IMG/VR virus record: IMGVR_UViG_3300037602_000036
Span: 1 to 34,412 of that record
DNA from: a virus
Lineage: Duplodnaviria; Caudoviricetes
Length of the DNA stretch: 34,412 nt
Direction: 5' to 3' (one strand)
The position numbers and the translations under genes were made by a program. Position 1 is the first letter of the stretch; each line of letters opens with the position of its first letter. The notes beneath the pieces were generated by a model that did not search any database, was not told where the DNA came from, and saw nothing but the letters and a program-made list of their open reading frames with translations. Below, piece after piece: positions 34,406 through 34,412 of this stretch.

Positions 34406-34412
34406 GCGTCTC

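Overview
The window is most of a temperate, short-tailed (podovirus-type) prophage in a high-GC alphaproteobacterial chromosome (probably Rhodobacteraceae; host call is inference). It is integrated at the 3' end of an intact tRNA-Arg(CCT) at 34290-34366. The minus strand (1-23788) carries a Cro-like gene, a methyltransferase, a RusA-like resolvase, a replication initiator with an internal iteron origin, an HNH nuclease, SSB and a NusG-paralog antiterminator. It then carries terS/terL, portal, scaffold, capsid, tail adaptor/nozzle, ejection proteins and a tail fibre. The plus strand (23876-34211) carries an S24-peptidase CI repressor, hicAB, a structured RNA leader plus 28-aa membrane peptide, and the PL operon (Sak4-like ATPase, exonuclease, NinB, HNHs, xis, int). 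Five GCGGTAA-N2-TTACCGC-type operators define the switch. The lysis genes and the other att site lie left of the window. Most unusual observations: (1) an HNH homing-type gene that begins with the same 8 residues as ssb (MAGSLNKV) and is followed by a synonymously recoded copy of the ssb start; (2) a ~250-nt multi-hairpin RNA upstream of a type-I-toxin-like peptide; (3) a NusG paralog with a structured late leader in place of Q; (4) TerL apparently starting at CTG; (5) an unannotated 53-aa decapeptide-repeat protein after the portal; (6) an anti-SD loop hairpin facing the sak4 RBS. All family calls come from motif recognition and synteny, not from database searches.
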